From the IMG/VR virus record IMGVR_UViG_3300017917_002187: DNA of 64,000 nt. One strand, given 5' to 3'. Under the pieces are notes generated by a model. That model was not told where the DNA came from, made no database searches, and saw nothing but the letters and a program-made list of their open reading frames with translations. This stretch comes from an uncultured virus (IMG/VR IMGVR_UViG_3300017917_002187) (taxonomy: Duplodnaviria > Heunggongvirae > Uroviricota > Caudoviricetes). Shown piece by piece: positions 17,908 through 28,882 of the stretch. Made by a program: the position numbers and the translations under genes. Position 1 is the first letter of the stretch; the number at the start of each line of letters is the position of its first letter.

Positions 17908-19201
17908 TTATTCTCCAAATTTTCTTAATTTTAAATCAGAAAACGAATCTGAATTAACAAATTCTTCCTCCAAGTACATCATAACCTCCCTCATTGCTTT
18001 AGATTCATCCTCAGATGCCCTTATACTCAATGCCAAACCACCAGCAAGTATTGGTCTGATTTCCTCAATTGTTAATATCGATGATACACCTTCCGATGGT
18101 TGTTTTAGATTTAGGTACATTCTACCATCTTCTTTTAATGTTGCATCAACAATTACTTGGTAATTCTTTTCCATTATTGTTCTGTCTCCTTAATTAAATT
18201 CAATATGGTTGATTTGTTTTTTTCACATTGATCAACTAAATCATTTATTAAACCTTTAATATCATCAGACTCCAAAACCTCATCAACTGATTTGGTGGAA
18301 AGAACTTGTGTTAACACCCAAAATGGTGTTAATTTATTTCTAAGTTTAGATTGTGGGGTTTCAGGTATCCATTCACCATTAACTCCCCGTGTTCCAGTTT
18401 GTTCCATAATTAAAAATTTCTATCCTTTTCCATTCTTTTTAAACAATCATATGGTGTTTCGTGCGGTAACATTTCATACCCACAACCAAGTGTTCCACCT
18501 TTCCAAGACCCTTTTCTTTTTCCAACCTCTTTGTCAAATTCAATTTCAATTGTTTCTCTTGTTCTATTGAAAAGGGGACACCAATATAACCACCTCATTC
18601 TCCATTCACGTTCTGTTACACTAATAGTTGCATTAACTATGGTACCATCATATGAATCAACGTATGGATGTGTTTCTGTCCATTTATTTTCTTCCAACCA
18701 CAAGTGACTACCAACTCCACCTATATTATCTGCAGACCATTTCGTTCTATTCTTTTTTGTTTCGTGATGCCAAGTTAAATCATTTAATAAATTTGATGTT
18801 CTGTACCATTCATAGGACCATGGCATTTCAAATGTCTTCCATTTTCTACCACCTTCAAAGTTCCCCGCACCACCAATATAAATCCATATAGTATTGTCGT
18901 GAAAATTAAATCCCCAAGCAGCACTATCACAATCTTGTATCCCAGTTCTTATTGGTAGATTAATGTATAATTTACCCCAACCAAAAAATATAAATGGTGT
19001 TAGTAAAATGAACCACATGGAAACCATTAATAAAAATGGTAATGTAAATAAAACTATTAATTGGGTTACACTGGCGTGAATTTGGGGTCTCTCATCAAAA
19101 TAACCCGCCTTTTCAACAAAAAGACTTGAACTATACTTAGGGTAAAAACTAACCCATCCATCTAGTTTATTTGTGTTAGATTCTGTTTGATAATTTCTCA
19201 T
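17908..19201 (-). other. three hypothetical CDSs (17908-18174, 18174-18407, 18410-19201)
   Basis: Abutting ORFs; the last has a TM segment and is Trp-rich. Confidence 0.7.
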
Positions 19202-19230
19202 GTAACAAATCTAACGAAAAAAAATGAAAT

Positions 19231-19258
19231 AAAAAAGGGGGATTTAATCCCCCCTTTT
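19231..19258 (-). terminator. intrinsic terminator (possibly bidirectional)
   Basis: AAAAGGGGGA/TCCCCCCTTTT inverted repeat. Confidence 0.8.
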
Positions 19259-19262
19259 CAAA

Positions 19263-19616
19263 TTATTTAATCCAATAACTTATTCCTCGCCAATTACCCA
19301 TGTCGAAAACGTCTATCATTTCTTCATCTTCATGGATAACCTTAAGGATTATTTTTTTCCACTTGTGTTTTTCAACCAGATCTTTAACAATATCCATGGT
19401 ATCTTCGTATTGGAAATCGGATTCAATGGTGTCTATTTCATAGTCTATTGAATCGTCAGGACCAAGGTGATAGTGTTTATCTTCTATTTTTGTTATCTCA
19501 TTATCATAATCCAAAGTGATTATCATATCAGATTCTCCAGTGTGGGGACCCTCATTAATTAAATTCACCGATTTAATTAAGTTTTTTAATTGGTTTTCTG
19601 TTAGTGTGATTTTCAT
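19263..19616 (-). CDS. hypothetical protein with LxE-type leader (possible head protein)
   Basis: MKITLTENQLKNLIKS..LINE; TATTTAT box upstream. Confidence 0.65.
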   Translation of the reverse strand: MKITLTENQLKNLIKSVNLINEGPHTGESDMIITLDYDNEITKIEDKHYHLGPDDSIDYEIDTIESDFQYEDTMDIVKDLVEKHKWKKIILKVIHEDEEMIDVFDMGNWRGISYWIK

Positions 19617-19631
19617 ATCTTATAAATATGT

Positions 19632-20297
19632 TTATTTAGAATATCTTTTTGTTATGTACTCCTCAATACTTTCATCACTATATCCAAGTAATTTACCAAC
19701 AAACTGAGCCTCTTCGGGTGTTTGATCGTTTAAATAACCATTTTTTGATGATGCAAATTCCGCTAACGCCAATGCTTTATCTTTATTGTTTTTATAGATT
19801 ACCCACGCTTTACCCTTTTCTCTGTTTCCAACCTCAATTAACCTAACACCATTATTCACCGCAAAACGAATAATGTCCCTCATTTTTTCATTTATGTTAT
19901 TAAATCCAATAAACCCAATGTCTCTTTTACCATCAATTATGGTTTGAATAGAATCAATTTCATTATAAGCATCAGACGCTTTTATTGATTCAGATATAAC
20001 GTCTCCGCCGAAATTTACCGGGATTGATTTTATATCTGATAATCGAATGTTTTGTAATTTAAGTGAACCATGTGATATCGGTCCAAACACACCCTTCTGA
20101 TGAAGGAACATAAAATAATAATAGAGATATGTAGGATCTACTTTATCTCTGTACTCATCCTTTACTTTTATTCCAATATTTTCTTCGTAATATTCTTTAA
20201 GTGGTTTTCCCACACTTGTCTTATCACCACGTCTTTGTATCCAAAAATCCGCCTCGGGAAAGTTTGTTTTTAAATCACATACATCTCCGAGTGTCAT
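19632..20297 (-). CDS. two-domain protein with HsdS/TRD-like N-terminal domain
   Basis: TLGDVC, VDPTYLYYYF, NI..SDIKSIP. Confidence 0.5.
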   Translation of the reverse strand: MTLGDVCDLKTNFPEADFWIQRRGDKTSVGKPLKEYYEENIGIKVKDEYRDKVDPTYLYYYFMFLHQKGVFGPISHGSLKLQNIRLSDIKSIPVNFGGDVISESIKASDAYNEIDSIQTIIDGKRDIGFIGFNNINEKMRDIIRFAVNNGVRLIEVGNREKGKAWVIYKNNKDKALALAEFASSKNGYLNDQTPEEAQFVGKLLGYSDESIEEYITKRYSK

Positions 20298-20701
20298 ATT
20301 TCGTTACACTTTTTAAAAAGGTTATTTATTAACTTAGATTTCCAAACAATTGACCAAAAACCCTCAAATACAAAACCAAATAAAGTCCAATAAATTAACG
20401 AATCAACAATCCCAAATATTGGTGTGTATAAAACGATTGCAAAAGAAAAACATAACAACATTGATGTCTTTGACAAATGCCACAAATCCGTTACCCAGAC
20501 CAAAAATGTTCTTGAACCAATAAATTTAGGTCCCTGTAATGGGTCTCCGTTTTTATATTTGTTTCTCCAAGAAACTTCTGGGTTAATAAAACTTTCGTAT
20601 TTGGTTAATTTTGAAAATGCGGATTGATGGTAATGGGTACTTATTGTATCCATTATTGAATTTAAAATTGCCGCGATAAGGATTAAAACTAATGATATCA
20701 T
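20294..20701 (-). CDS. membrane protein
   Basis: TM segments, SWRNKYKNGDP..GPKF..TDLWHL. Confidence 0.7.
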   Translation of the reverse strand: MISLVLILIAAILNSIMDTISTHYHQSAFSKLTKYESFINPEVSWRNKYKNGDPLQGPKFIGSRTFLVWVTDLWHLSKTSMLLCFSFAIVLYTPIFGIVDSLIYWTLFGFVFEGFWSIVWKSKLINNLFKKCNEI

Positions 20702-20747
20702 CTTACCATATAAATATAAGATGATTGATAAGTTTTATATATATTGT

Positions 20748-21005
20748 TTATTCCTCCTCCTCATAAAATGTCTCAAAATGGGTGTTCTCATCAAGTTCTG
20801 AAAACCCACCAGGTCCCTCAATATAACAGAACGCTAGTGTAATTAAACCATTCCTAATACCTTCCATTTCACTCATAATAGTTTCAGGATCAATTGTAAT
20901 GTGGGGATCCCAAGATTTATCCTTGATATTATTATTTAACTTTTTGGTTAGGGAATTATAATCCGCAATCATGCGTTTCCTCAAACCATCCATACTTACT
21001 TCCAT
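20748..21005 (-). CDS. hypothetical protein
   Basis: 85-aa ORF. Confidence 0.7.
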   Translation of the reverse strand: MEVSMDGLRKRMIADYNSLTKKLNNNIKDKSWDPHITIDPETIMSEMEGIRNGLITLAFCYIEGPGGFSELDENTHFETFYEEEE

Positions 21006-21008
21006 AAC

Positions 21009-21440
21009 TTAACGATATTCTATTCTTTTACTTTTAATTGTAATGTCACCACCATGGAATAATTTAAATGAACGAGAACCATGACCAAGCTCAGTACCCT
21101 CTTTACTTTCTTTATAAAATTTCTCATCAACCGGAACATCAAAACTGAAACTGATTCTATCAAAAGATAATTCCATTTTATGTTCTTGGAAATGTAGGGT
21201 TAAAATATACACTGGTGTCTTTCCAGATGAATAAATTTTCTTTTCTGTTTTTAATTCAGATACCTCATAGTTCAAATTATCGTATTCTTTTCTCAAAGAG
21301 TTAACATCAGTTAGTAAACTACTTCTTTCCGAATTTAAACTGGTTATTGAATTCTTCAATCTGATTTCTTCTTCAGGTGTGTACGAAGGTCCACATGCGG
21401 TTAAGAATAACGATGTGATTAACAATAGTTTTATTTTCAT
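21009..21440 (-). CDS. putative coiled-coil lipoprotein
   Basis: LTAC lipobox then heptads. Confidence 0.65.
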   Translation of the reverse strand: MKIKLLLITSLFLTACGPSYTPEEEIRLKNSITSLNSERSSLLTDVNSLRKEYDNLNYEVSELKTEKKIYSSGKTPVYILTLHFQEHKMELSFDRISFSFDVPVDEKFYKESKEGTELGHGSRSFKLFHGGDITIKSKRIEYR

Positions 21441-21685
21441 TCTGATTTAATGTTTATATTTTCATCATATTCGGTTTTACCCGCATCTTGTGTTGTTATC
21501 GTTTCACCCAATGTTGTGAAATAATGTATTCGACCACCGTCATAAAAACGATAGACTTTAATTCCATCTTTTTCAAATAGGTACTCAACTTGAAAACCAT
21601 TCCCTTCAAGTGTTGAGGATTGTGGTTCTTTAAAACAACCTGTTAGTAAGAACCCGGTAAATAGAATTAATAAAATTTTTCTCAT
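21437..21685 (-). CDS. DUF4884-like lipoprotein
   Basis: Start MRKILL, LTGC lipobox, VEYLFEKDGIKVYRFYDGG. Confidence 0.65.
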   Translation of the reverse strand: MRKILLILFTGFLLTGCFKEPQSSTLEGNGFQVEYLFEKDGIKVYRFYDGGRIHYFTTLGETITTQDAGKTEYDENINIKSE

Positions 21686-21714
21686 TGTTTTAATTAAATT
21701 TGATTTATCTTTCA

Positions 21715-21870
21715 TTATCCTCTTTCTAATACGATTGCGAATTTGCCTGTTGTTTGGTAAGATGAACCTGTGGCAACATGTTGTGCTGTCACGGATATTA
21801 TTCTCCAACCCTTATCCAACCAACCTTGTACATCGTACTGAGTATCGGTTATTATAAATTTCTGTTCCAT
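21715..21870 (-). CDS. 51-aa hypothetical protein (not in ORF track)
   Basis: MEQKFIIT...WLDKGWRIISV...IVLERG*. Confidence 0.6.
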   Translation of the reverse strand: MEQKFIITDTQYDVQGWLDKGWRIISVTAQHVATGSSYQTTGKFAIVLERG

Positions 21871-21875
21871 ATCTT

Positions 21876-23323
21876 TTAACGTATTTTATTTCTATAGATA
21901 ATTGTTAATTTATCAAGACACGTATTGTAACCAGGTAAACCCCGGAAATCTTTTTGTTTTATTGATTGGTATTTTTCATCGTTCTCACAGATGTATGCAA
22001 GTTTACCACGATAGTAAACAAAAACTAACTTATACCACTTGTTCTCAAGTATAAGTGTATATGAATTACTCATCATTGCACCACCCATACCTTCCCAACC
22101 ACATGAAGTGTTACCCCACATTTGTGAAACTAAATGTAGATTGATTTCTTTCCATAGTTCGTGTTCAGATTGGGTCATCCAAGTTGATGTGTCTCTTTTA
22201 ACAATGTTGGTATTCCAATATTTTTCCAAACCATCGGAGGTTTCACCCATACCTAATTGTGAAAAATAGTTTGATAACCCCTCATAATGAACAATACTAT
22301 TCATTATGGATGCCATTTCTTCCATGTCAACACTAATTCTCATATCTTATAATTTCAAATGTTTTACCACTGGTTGATTTAACCATTTCACACCACTCGA
22401 TTGTTTCATCAAATGTGTTGAAATATTTGTATACTTTACAATCGTGTTCAAGATAAACCGTTACATAAGGTTTATTCCACACAACATTGTTATTATCAAC
22501 TAGAAAACCGTTTTCAATTAGCTCTTCTTTGGTGTATGGGGTTGCATCCCAAGAATCACCCATATAACCTTCATAATGAGAACCATTCTCATAAAAACCC
22601 TCAGAGTACCAAGAATCTCTCTTATACAATCCAAAGAAAAACGTCTTTTGTTTTCGTGGTAACCACTTGTAACTTGTTTCTCTTTTATCTATAACTTTAA
22701 TTCCGATTATTCGGTTAACGTCAAAATGTTCTTCTATTTTAATTTTCATATCTTAATCATTTGGAAATTCAACATCAAATTTTAGTTCGATGATATGTTT
22801 CATACAATTCTGTTTTATAACTTGTTGTTGGTGAGTATACTCTTGGAACTGTCGACAAATCTTCTCAAGTTCTGCAACCGAGTGGTTCCCATCACCAGAA
22901 TAAAAAGGTTGTTCAACTTTCATTCCCTTGTAATGGATTGGTAGGTACATATCATCCGACATGTAAACCATGTGTTCTTCTTTTAATTCTGCCATAATTT
23001 TATTTTCTGATTACAACAATACTATCGTTTTCAATGATGATGTCTTCAGGTAAAAAGGTTCTTGTTGTCACGTTTTCTTCATAGACATTAACAGAGTTGT
23101 GACGATATTTTCCACTTTGGTAATTTGTTCCAACAACTTGTCCTTGGAAGACTGCAACCTTTACATAACCGTCACCATCTGAAACCGAATAAATTTTCAA
23201 ACCCTTTAAGTTTTCAGGCAACCCAGACTCATCTCCACGAACTTTCATTCTTGTTACTCCAGGGTCCTCACAGGAAACAAAGATTAAGGAAAGAAGAAAT
23301 AATGATAAAATATTTTTTTTCAT
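21876..23323 (-). other. four hypothetical CDSs (21876-22343, 22333-22749, 22753-22995, lipoprotein 23000-23323)
   Basis: Abutting ORFs; last has an FVSC lipobox. Confidence 0.65.
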
Positions 23324-23327
23324 GTGA

Positions 23328-23891
23328 TTAATCGTTAAAAAGGTTAATAAGATATTGATACATCTCTTCATATGGATTACCAACTTCTCGACCTAACTTA
23401 ATCATAAAATTGATGTTCTCTTTCTTGTACATTTCAAACATACGACTCTTGGTCATCTTTGAATATTGTACATTAGCAATTCGGTCACACAACTTAACGA
23501 ACACCGCACCAGGAGTATTTCTGATTCCCTCATAGTACTTGTCGTTAGCACGTTCCGCTCTGTTCTTACCTTTCTCGTTGGATACCGCATATACAATGTC
23601 AGCAGCTTCTTGACCTAAATGTTCTTTAACATCGTTATATGAAACTCTACAATCCTCGATAAGGTCGTGACCCCATGTTGCAGTTAAACAAGCATCTCTT
23701 AATGTGACTTGATTTTGTTTTGGTCCTCTCCATGGTTCACCAGTAAAGTAATCTTTTGTATCGTCCAAAAGATGTTTGAAATCCGTTGCCGCTTGATAAA
23801 CCATTCGTAAATGAAATTCATACGGAAGGTATGTGTCGTAGTAGTGATTTGTGTTGTGGTGTTGTTCTATACACCATTGTTGTTTGTTCAT
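23328..23891 (-). CDS. HD-domain hydrolase, RelA/SpoT small alarmone hydrolase-like
   Basis: PYEFHL, HDLIED, VKLCDRIAN. Confidence 0.8.
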   Translation of the reverse strand: MNKQQWCIEQHHNTNHYYDTYLPYEFHLRMVYQAATDFKHLLDDTKDYFTGEPWRGPKQNQVTLRDACLTATWGHDLIEDCRVSYNDVKEHLGQEAADIVYAVSNEKGKNRAERANDKYYEGIRNTPGAVFVKLCDRIANVQYSKMTKSRMFEMYKKENINFMIKLGREVGNPYEEMYQYLINLFND

Positions 23892-23941
23892 AACGTTTCT
23901 CCTTTCTTTTCCAAATATAATACTATTTTTGGAATAACAAA

Positions 23942-24316
23942 TTAATTTATTTTGGAAAAATATATAACTTCCGGGAAATCACCAAAAACAAATTTGGTAA
24001 CATCACATAACCAAGGGGTTAGATTAATTTCAAAACCCCTATAATTTTTCATTTCATAAAAGGCACCATTCCCCAATTCGGTTGCCAATCTGATAAACCT
24101 AAGTTCATCCGAATTATCATATTTGTCAACTGATAATAACAACCAAACATGATCCTCACCCTCCGAAATAAAATCTAACATGGTATCGGCACCATAAACC
24201 ATTTCTAGTTCAGATTTATCTCCAGTCCATGTTGGTAGATCAACATACCATCTACCAGAAGTTTCTTTATAGAATTTTAACCTTTCCACAATTAGTTTAG
24301 ATAAAGAGATAACCAC
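23942..24316 (-). CDS. DUF6717-like protein
   Basis: WYVDLP.W.G, LEMVYGADT, WLCDVT. Confidence 0.55.
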   Translation of the reverse strand: MVISLSKLIVERLKFYKETSGRWYVDLPTWTGDKSELEMVYGADTMLDFISEGEDHVWLLLSVDKYDNSDELRFIRLATELGNGAFYEMKNYRGFEINLTPWLCDVTKFVFGDFPEVIYFSKIN

Positions 24317-25562
24317 TTTGAAAACACATATCCTGAATACGCCCCTGATGCCGCTGCCATCGGTAGAACAACGAACTTACCTAACACTGTTTCGTATTTA
24401 GCTCTATTCAATATAAACGATATTAGAGTGTAATATAAAACAAAATTAATGAACACCACAACATCAATTTGTTTTGCCATGAATATCACAATACTATTAC
24501 CCAAAAACCCCCAAGTGAAATTTATTGCGGATTCTTGTATTATTTCTAATGGTGTGGTCTTAGCATCCATCACCTCAATCTTTTTATTTAGTGTTTTTTT
24601 TACCATGTGTTTAATTTTTTTAATATCCGTAATAAATCATTACATTCTTCTTCCAATCGAATGTGTGATAAAGAATAACCAAATTGAAAATGGAATATTC
24701 ATACTTCCAACTGGTGATGAAATCTTTATTGGGGTCAGTAATGTTATATGGTTTCATATCATCAAACCAACTAGTAACCCCCCATTCCATTCCCATACTT
24801 CTAACATGGTCAATCATTTTATACACACCCGAGAGTTCTTTTTCGGTCATTGGTGTGTCCTTAGTTTTCATGAACCCCGCTTTAGAATTTGTACCATCAA
24901 AGAATGGGTCCAACATATCTTTATAGTATGATTGAATCTTCTGCGCGTAGTGTTCAATTAAAAGTTTAACAAACTCTTTGTCCACCACATAAAAATCATG
25001 TTCCTCGGTGAAATGTTTTTGTGTTTCCTTGTTCTTGAATACTGTCTTGAAATGTTTCTTTGGGAATTGGTCAACATACTTACCCAGTTCATAATGCATA
25101 TTATATGCAACATCGTACACACCAACGTGACCTGGTTTATCGTATGGGTCATCGGACCATTCTTCATTCTTAAACGCATACAATTCCTGTAAGGTCATTC
25201 GTTTTATTTTGTTGTATTCCTTTTTTGGTAAGGAACCCAAATAATTTCTGTATCCCATTTTACTTATTTAATTTATCTAAATCCTCTTTCAATCTTCTCA
25301 AGAATGTATCATCTCCATCATCACCGGATAATAACCAGTCGATTCTCTGTGCATAAATCTGAGCTTTTTTAAGTAGTTCAACACCCTTTTTAAATTCCTC
25401 AATTATCTCATCAGGATAGTCGTGGTAAAATTCTTGGTCAGTCCAATAGTTATCCTTATCTCTTGGGTTGATTGGTTTTTTATTCTTTTCAATCACACTC
25501 TCGATGCTATCAGCAATTGTTGTGATTCTATACTGGTCGTAATCGAAATGTCCTCCTGACAA
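24292..25562 (-). other. three hypothetical CDSs (membrane 24292-24606, 24620-25258, 25260-25562)
   Basis: Abutting ORFs; last has MSGGHFDY...RIDWLLSGDDG phage pattern. Confidence 0.7.
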
Positions 25563-25574
25563 TTTAACCTCCTT

Positions 25575-26051
25575 TTAATTTTGTATAAACCATTCAGGAA
25601 CGCTTCTTTTGGTCCATTTAGCGAATCTGAATTTATCATTAATATAATAATTTCTGTAAGATTGAACAACAGAATATCCAACTTTATATTCATCAGGCAT
25701 TGCCTTTGCTGGTTCGGTAAAACCAATATCAGGAATATTCGGTTTATGAATTAAACACCACTCAATAACATCTTGAGATTTGTGACGTTTTCCATACCTA
25801 TATGTGTATTCTTCACATAACTCCAAACCTAACTCACACAAATAAAGATAATTGGGTAAACTCTTACGTGCCCAAATAGAACACGGGTGGTTTTTGTGTG
25901 ATAATTTATAAGGGATCGTATAACGACTTTCGGATACGTGGTGAACACCACATAAAAGTTGTGCGGTTTCCAATATCATTTTAACAACATGTTTATCAAC
26001 ATGATATTGTGCACATTTTTTTACATCAAAATCTAACATGAATATATTCAT
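25575..26051 (-). CDS. pyrimidine-dimer DNA glycosylase (DenV/Pyr_excise-like)
   Basis: MNIF.LD, HVDKHVVKMILE.AQLL, H.NHPC..W, EYT.RYGK.H, AMP..Y, YR.YY. Confidence 0.8.
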   Translation of the reverse strand: MNIFMLDFDVKKCAQYHVDKHVVKMILETAQLLCGVHHVSESRYTIPYKLSHKNHPCSIWARKSLPNYLYLCELGLELCEEYTYRYGKRHKSQDVIEWCLIHKPNIPDIGFTEPAKAMPDEYKVGYSVVQSYRNYYINDKFRFAKWTKRSVPEWFIQN

Positions 26052-26053
26052 TT

Positions 26054-26431
26054 TTATCTCAATAATTTGAATTCGTTTATGTTTATTTTCTTTTTATATC
26101 TTTCTTTCTTAACCAACTCATCAACAATTTTTTTTATTTTGAGTATGGTTTTCTTTGATGGTCTAACTCGCCCAAATGTAGCCTTTTCAACATCGGTGTA
26201 TGGTGTGGCAAATGAGTATGGGTAATTTTGTATCCATAAGGTCCTTGGACCTAAATGTAGGTTATAATAATCACCATCCAAACAATTTTTTTTACCTAAT
26301 TTTGGTTCACATGTTTTTAATAATTCGTTTATTTCCTTATCCCATTTCTTAGAATAATTGTTTTGGAAGGTACAAAAAAGAAAAGTAAAAAATAATTTTA
26401 TTTTATCTACAATTTTATTAAACATATCCAT
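26054..26431 (-). CDS. hypothetical protein ending in EFKLLR
   Basis: C-terminal copy of the KLLR tag. Confidence 0.7.
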   Translation of the reverse strand: MDMFNKIVDKIKLFFTFLFCTFQNNYSKKWDKEINELLKTCEPKLGKKNCLDGDYYNLHLGPRTLWIQNYPYSFATPYTDVEKATFGRVRPSKKTILKIKKIVDELVKKERYKKKININEFKLLR

Positions 26432-26433
26432 TT

Positions 26434-26718
26434 TTAAATTTCACCAAAAATTTTTGTATTTAATTTATTTACCATATCATCTATAAAATTAACGAATTCT
26501 GTACATCTTTGACCCTCATAAACCATTTCATTACGATATTTTTGATATAAAACCTCCTCTACTTTAATAACAATTTCAGCCCTAATTTCGGGAGTATTAA
26601 ATTCAAAAGTATATGATGTTAGAATCTCATTAATGTCCTGATTAATGGATTTAAGTAGTTCCATGTTCAGTTTTGGACCACCCCTTAACAATTTATAATT
26701 TGAATTTAAAATATTCAT
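26434..26718 (-). CDS. KLLRG-tagged protein resembling a tail-sheath C-terminal fragment
   Basis: NYKLLRGG then ILTSYTFEFNTPEIRAEI. Confidence 0.6.
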   Translation of the reverse strand: MNILNSNYKLLRGGPKLNMELLKSINQDINEILTSYTFEFNTPEIRAEIVIKVEEVLYQKYRNEMVYEGQRCTEFVNFIDDMVNKLNTKIFGEI

Positions 26719-27527
26719 TATCTCCGATTCAATATGTTGATTATGTGTTGCATCCCAACATCATTAATGTGTTCATTCATATGATCTAAAAAGTCATTAT
26801 CGAAAGAGTATTCACCAAAATCTAAATCATATTGTTTGAATGTTTTATATTGTTCTGCAACAGTTTTTGGCATCAAATCAAGAGTGGTTTCTTGTTTCAT
26901 CATTTCACAATGAAACAATCCAAAAAGTTCAGGTGGTACAGGAATGGTGAACGGACTAATCTCATCATCGTTAGAATTCCAACCTTGTATTTCCTTCAAG
27001 TCTTTGCTGATTGATATTGCCCATTTTTCATTGGTTACTTTATTGATGTTGTATATCAATTTATATTTTGGAATATATTTGTTCCAATGTTGTATTTGGG
27101 TTGTGCACCACCTAGTATTTGAACCGTACATCTTCGATGCCTCATAACTTAAAGGAATCATGATTAACCACGTATGGTCACTATATAAAATCTTGGTTTG
27201 TTTTTCAAGTTCTTTAAGTCTAGCTATTTCATCAGCTTCAACAACCTCATCTCTGATTTGTTTAAAACTGGTATACATACCAATGTCTTTATTTTTTATT
27301 CTATTGGCATTACAATGATCCTCAAACTTTTTCAATGTCAATAAATTTTCTTCACCATAAATGTGTCGAAGAATGTTCATATTGTTGTTCGCAGAGTTCT
27401 CTTTTAACATCTTTATTAAAAAACCCAAATACTTATTTGTGTCACTTGGATCTGCTTCTGATATTAAATCAATCAAATTGATATTTAAATCTGGGTTTTG
27501 TCTTTTTATTGTGTCTATCTTTGACAT
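26718..27527 (-). CDS. jumbo-phage WCT-motif protein (paralog of 53562-54524)
   Basis: DPS.TNKY, PLSYEAS..YGSNTRWCT. Confidence 0.75.
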   Translation of the reverse strand: MSKIDTIKRQNPDLNINLIDLISEADPSDTNKYLGFLIKMLKENSANNNMNILRHIYGEENLLTLKKFEDHCNANRIKNKDIGMYTSFKQIRDEVVEADEIARLKELEKQTKILYSDHTWLIMIPLSYEASKMYGSNTRWCTTQIQHWNKYIPKYKLIYNINKVTNEKWAISISKDLKEIQGWNSNDDEISPFTIPVPPELFGLFHCEMMKQETTLDLMPKTVAEQYKTFKQYDLDFGEYSFDNDFLDHMNEHINDVGMQHIINILNRR

Positions 27528-27529
27528 AG

Positions 27530-27751
27530 TTAACTCCTTTCGATTCTAAAATTTTCTAAAACAATTTCTCTACATGGGTTCGACATGTGTTCCAAAACAC
27601 CATCTCTTCTGTTTATTAACATGGTAACACTACTCATAAATGAGATGCTCTCACCACCCATAAGTGCTGGGTCCACACCAAGAACATACCGGTTGGTTTT
27701 GGGGTGTCCACTTAATAATTTAAAGTTATCTATCTTGTTGTTGCCAAACAT
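27530..27751 (-). CDS. KLLRG-tagged protein with terminase-nuclease-like YVLGVDPA motif
   Basis: NFKLLSG, YVLGVDPA, SNPCREIVL. Confidence 0.55.
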   Translation of the reverse strand: MFGNNKIDNFKLLSGHPKTNRYVLGVDPALMGGESISFMSSVTMLINRRDGVLEHMSNPCREIVLENFRIERS

Positions 27752-28879
27752 GGTTGTAAATAATGTAAAAGTCTTATAATTCTTTCTTCGTCTGTGTAAT
27801 GTAGAACCATAACCGAATCAAATCTCCTACCGATAATATCGGTTTCATCTGTGATGGGATGATATTCGATACGTACTGAGTATTTGATTTCTCTTAGGAA
27901 ATTACGAATAACCTCTCTTCTATCTGACACTACAGCAACTTTCATTATGAATAATATGTAACCAAACCCCATTTAACATTAACGTTTTCTTCACCAAACA
28001 TTTTTGTTAAAAGATTTAATTCTTCTTGGTGTTCTTGAAAGAACCATGATTTTTGGGTTGACATCAAATGATTTGAATCACTTAAATCGTACACCGAAGA
28101 AAAATCACCATCATACGAATCAATTAAAACAGAAACCGGAAAACGTCTGTTTGAAATAAAAATATTGTCCATACGTTCTGGTGACCATATTTTATCAAAG
28201 AAATTATCATCAGCATTTCCGTGAAAATATTCTGATGGTGTGTAGGTCTTTCTTATTTCACGATCAACACTCACAATCTCAGAACCACACTCTGAACAAA
28301 ATTTGTTTTTCTCTTGCTTTATTCCAGGATGTTTAACACAAAGTCTATCAACCTCAACAATAATTTCTTCTTTGTTACCAGACACTTCAATATAGGGTCC
28401 AATGTAAACATTATACGATACTCCCATGATTATTATTTTTTAATTTTTGCACATTTATAACCATCACCCCACGACACATTTTCAAACAAATGTGGGTGAC
28501 TGAATTCATCAACTATTTCAAACTCAACTTCAGAATCAACATCAATTATTTTTTCGGAACCGAATTCTATATTGTATATTGGTAATATCTTTAATTTATC
28601 ATAATCATCGATATACTTGACTTGAATTCCTGATGTTGTATTAATTGTTATTCCTTTCATTTGTTATAATAAAACTTTAGCTATGACCCAACAAAAATCA
28701 ATGTGTGATTTAACTTTTTCATTTCCACTATTGAGATAAAGTGTGTTTTTTTCTCTAGTTTCAATTTTAAATTTCACATCAAATAAATTGTGTGACGTTA
28801 CAATTTCTTGAGACATGATATTACCACCATTCTCCATAAAAACCCTAGCGGGGATTAAGTAATTAAAAGTTTGTGACAT
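27730..28879 (-). other. four short hypothetical CDSs (27730-~27945, 27945-28427, 28433-28660, 28664-28879)
   Basis: Abutting ORFs; 27945-28427 has a C..H...C..C zinc ribbon. Confidence 0.6.
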
Positions 28880-28882
28880 ATT

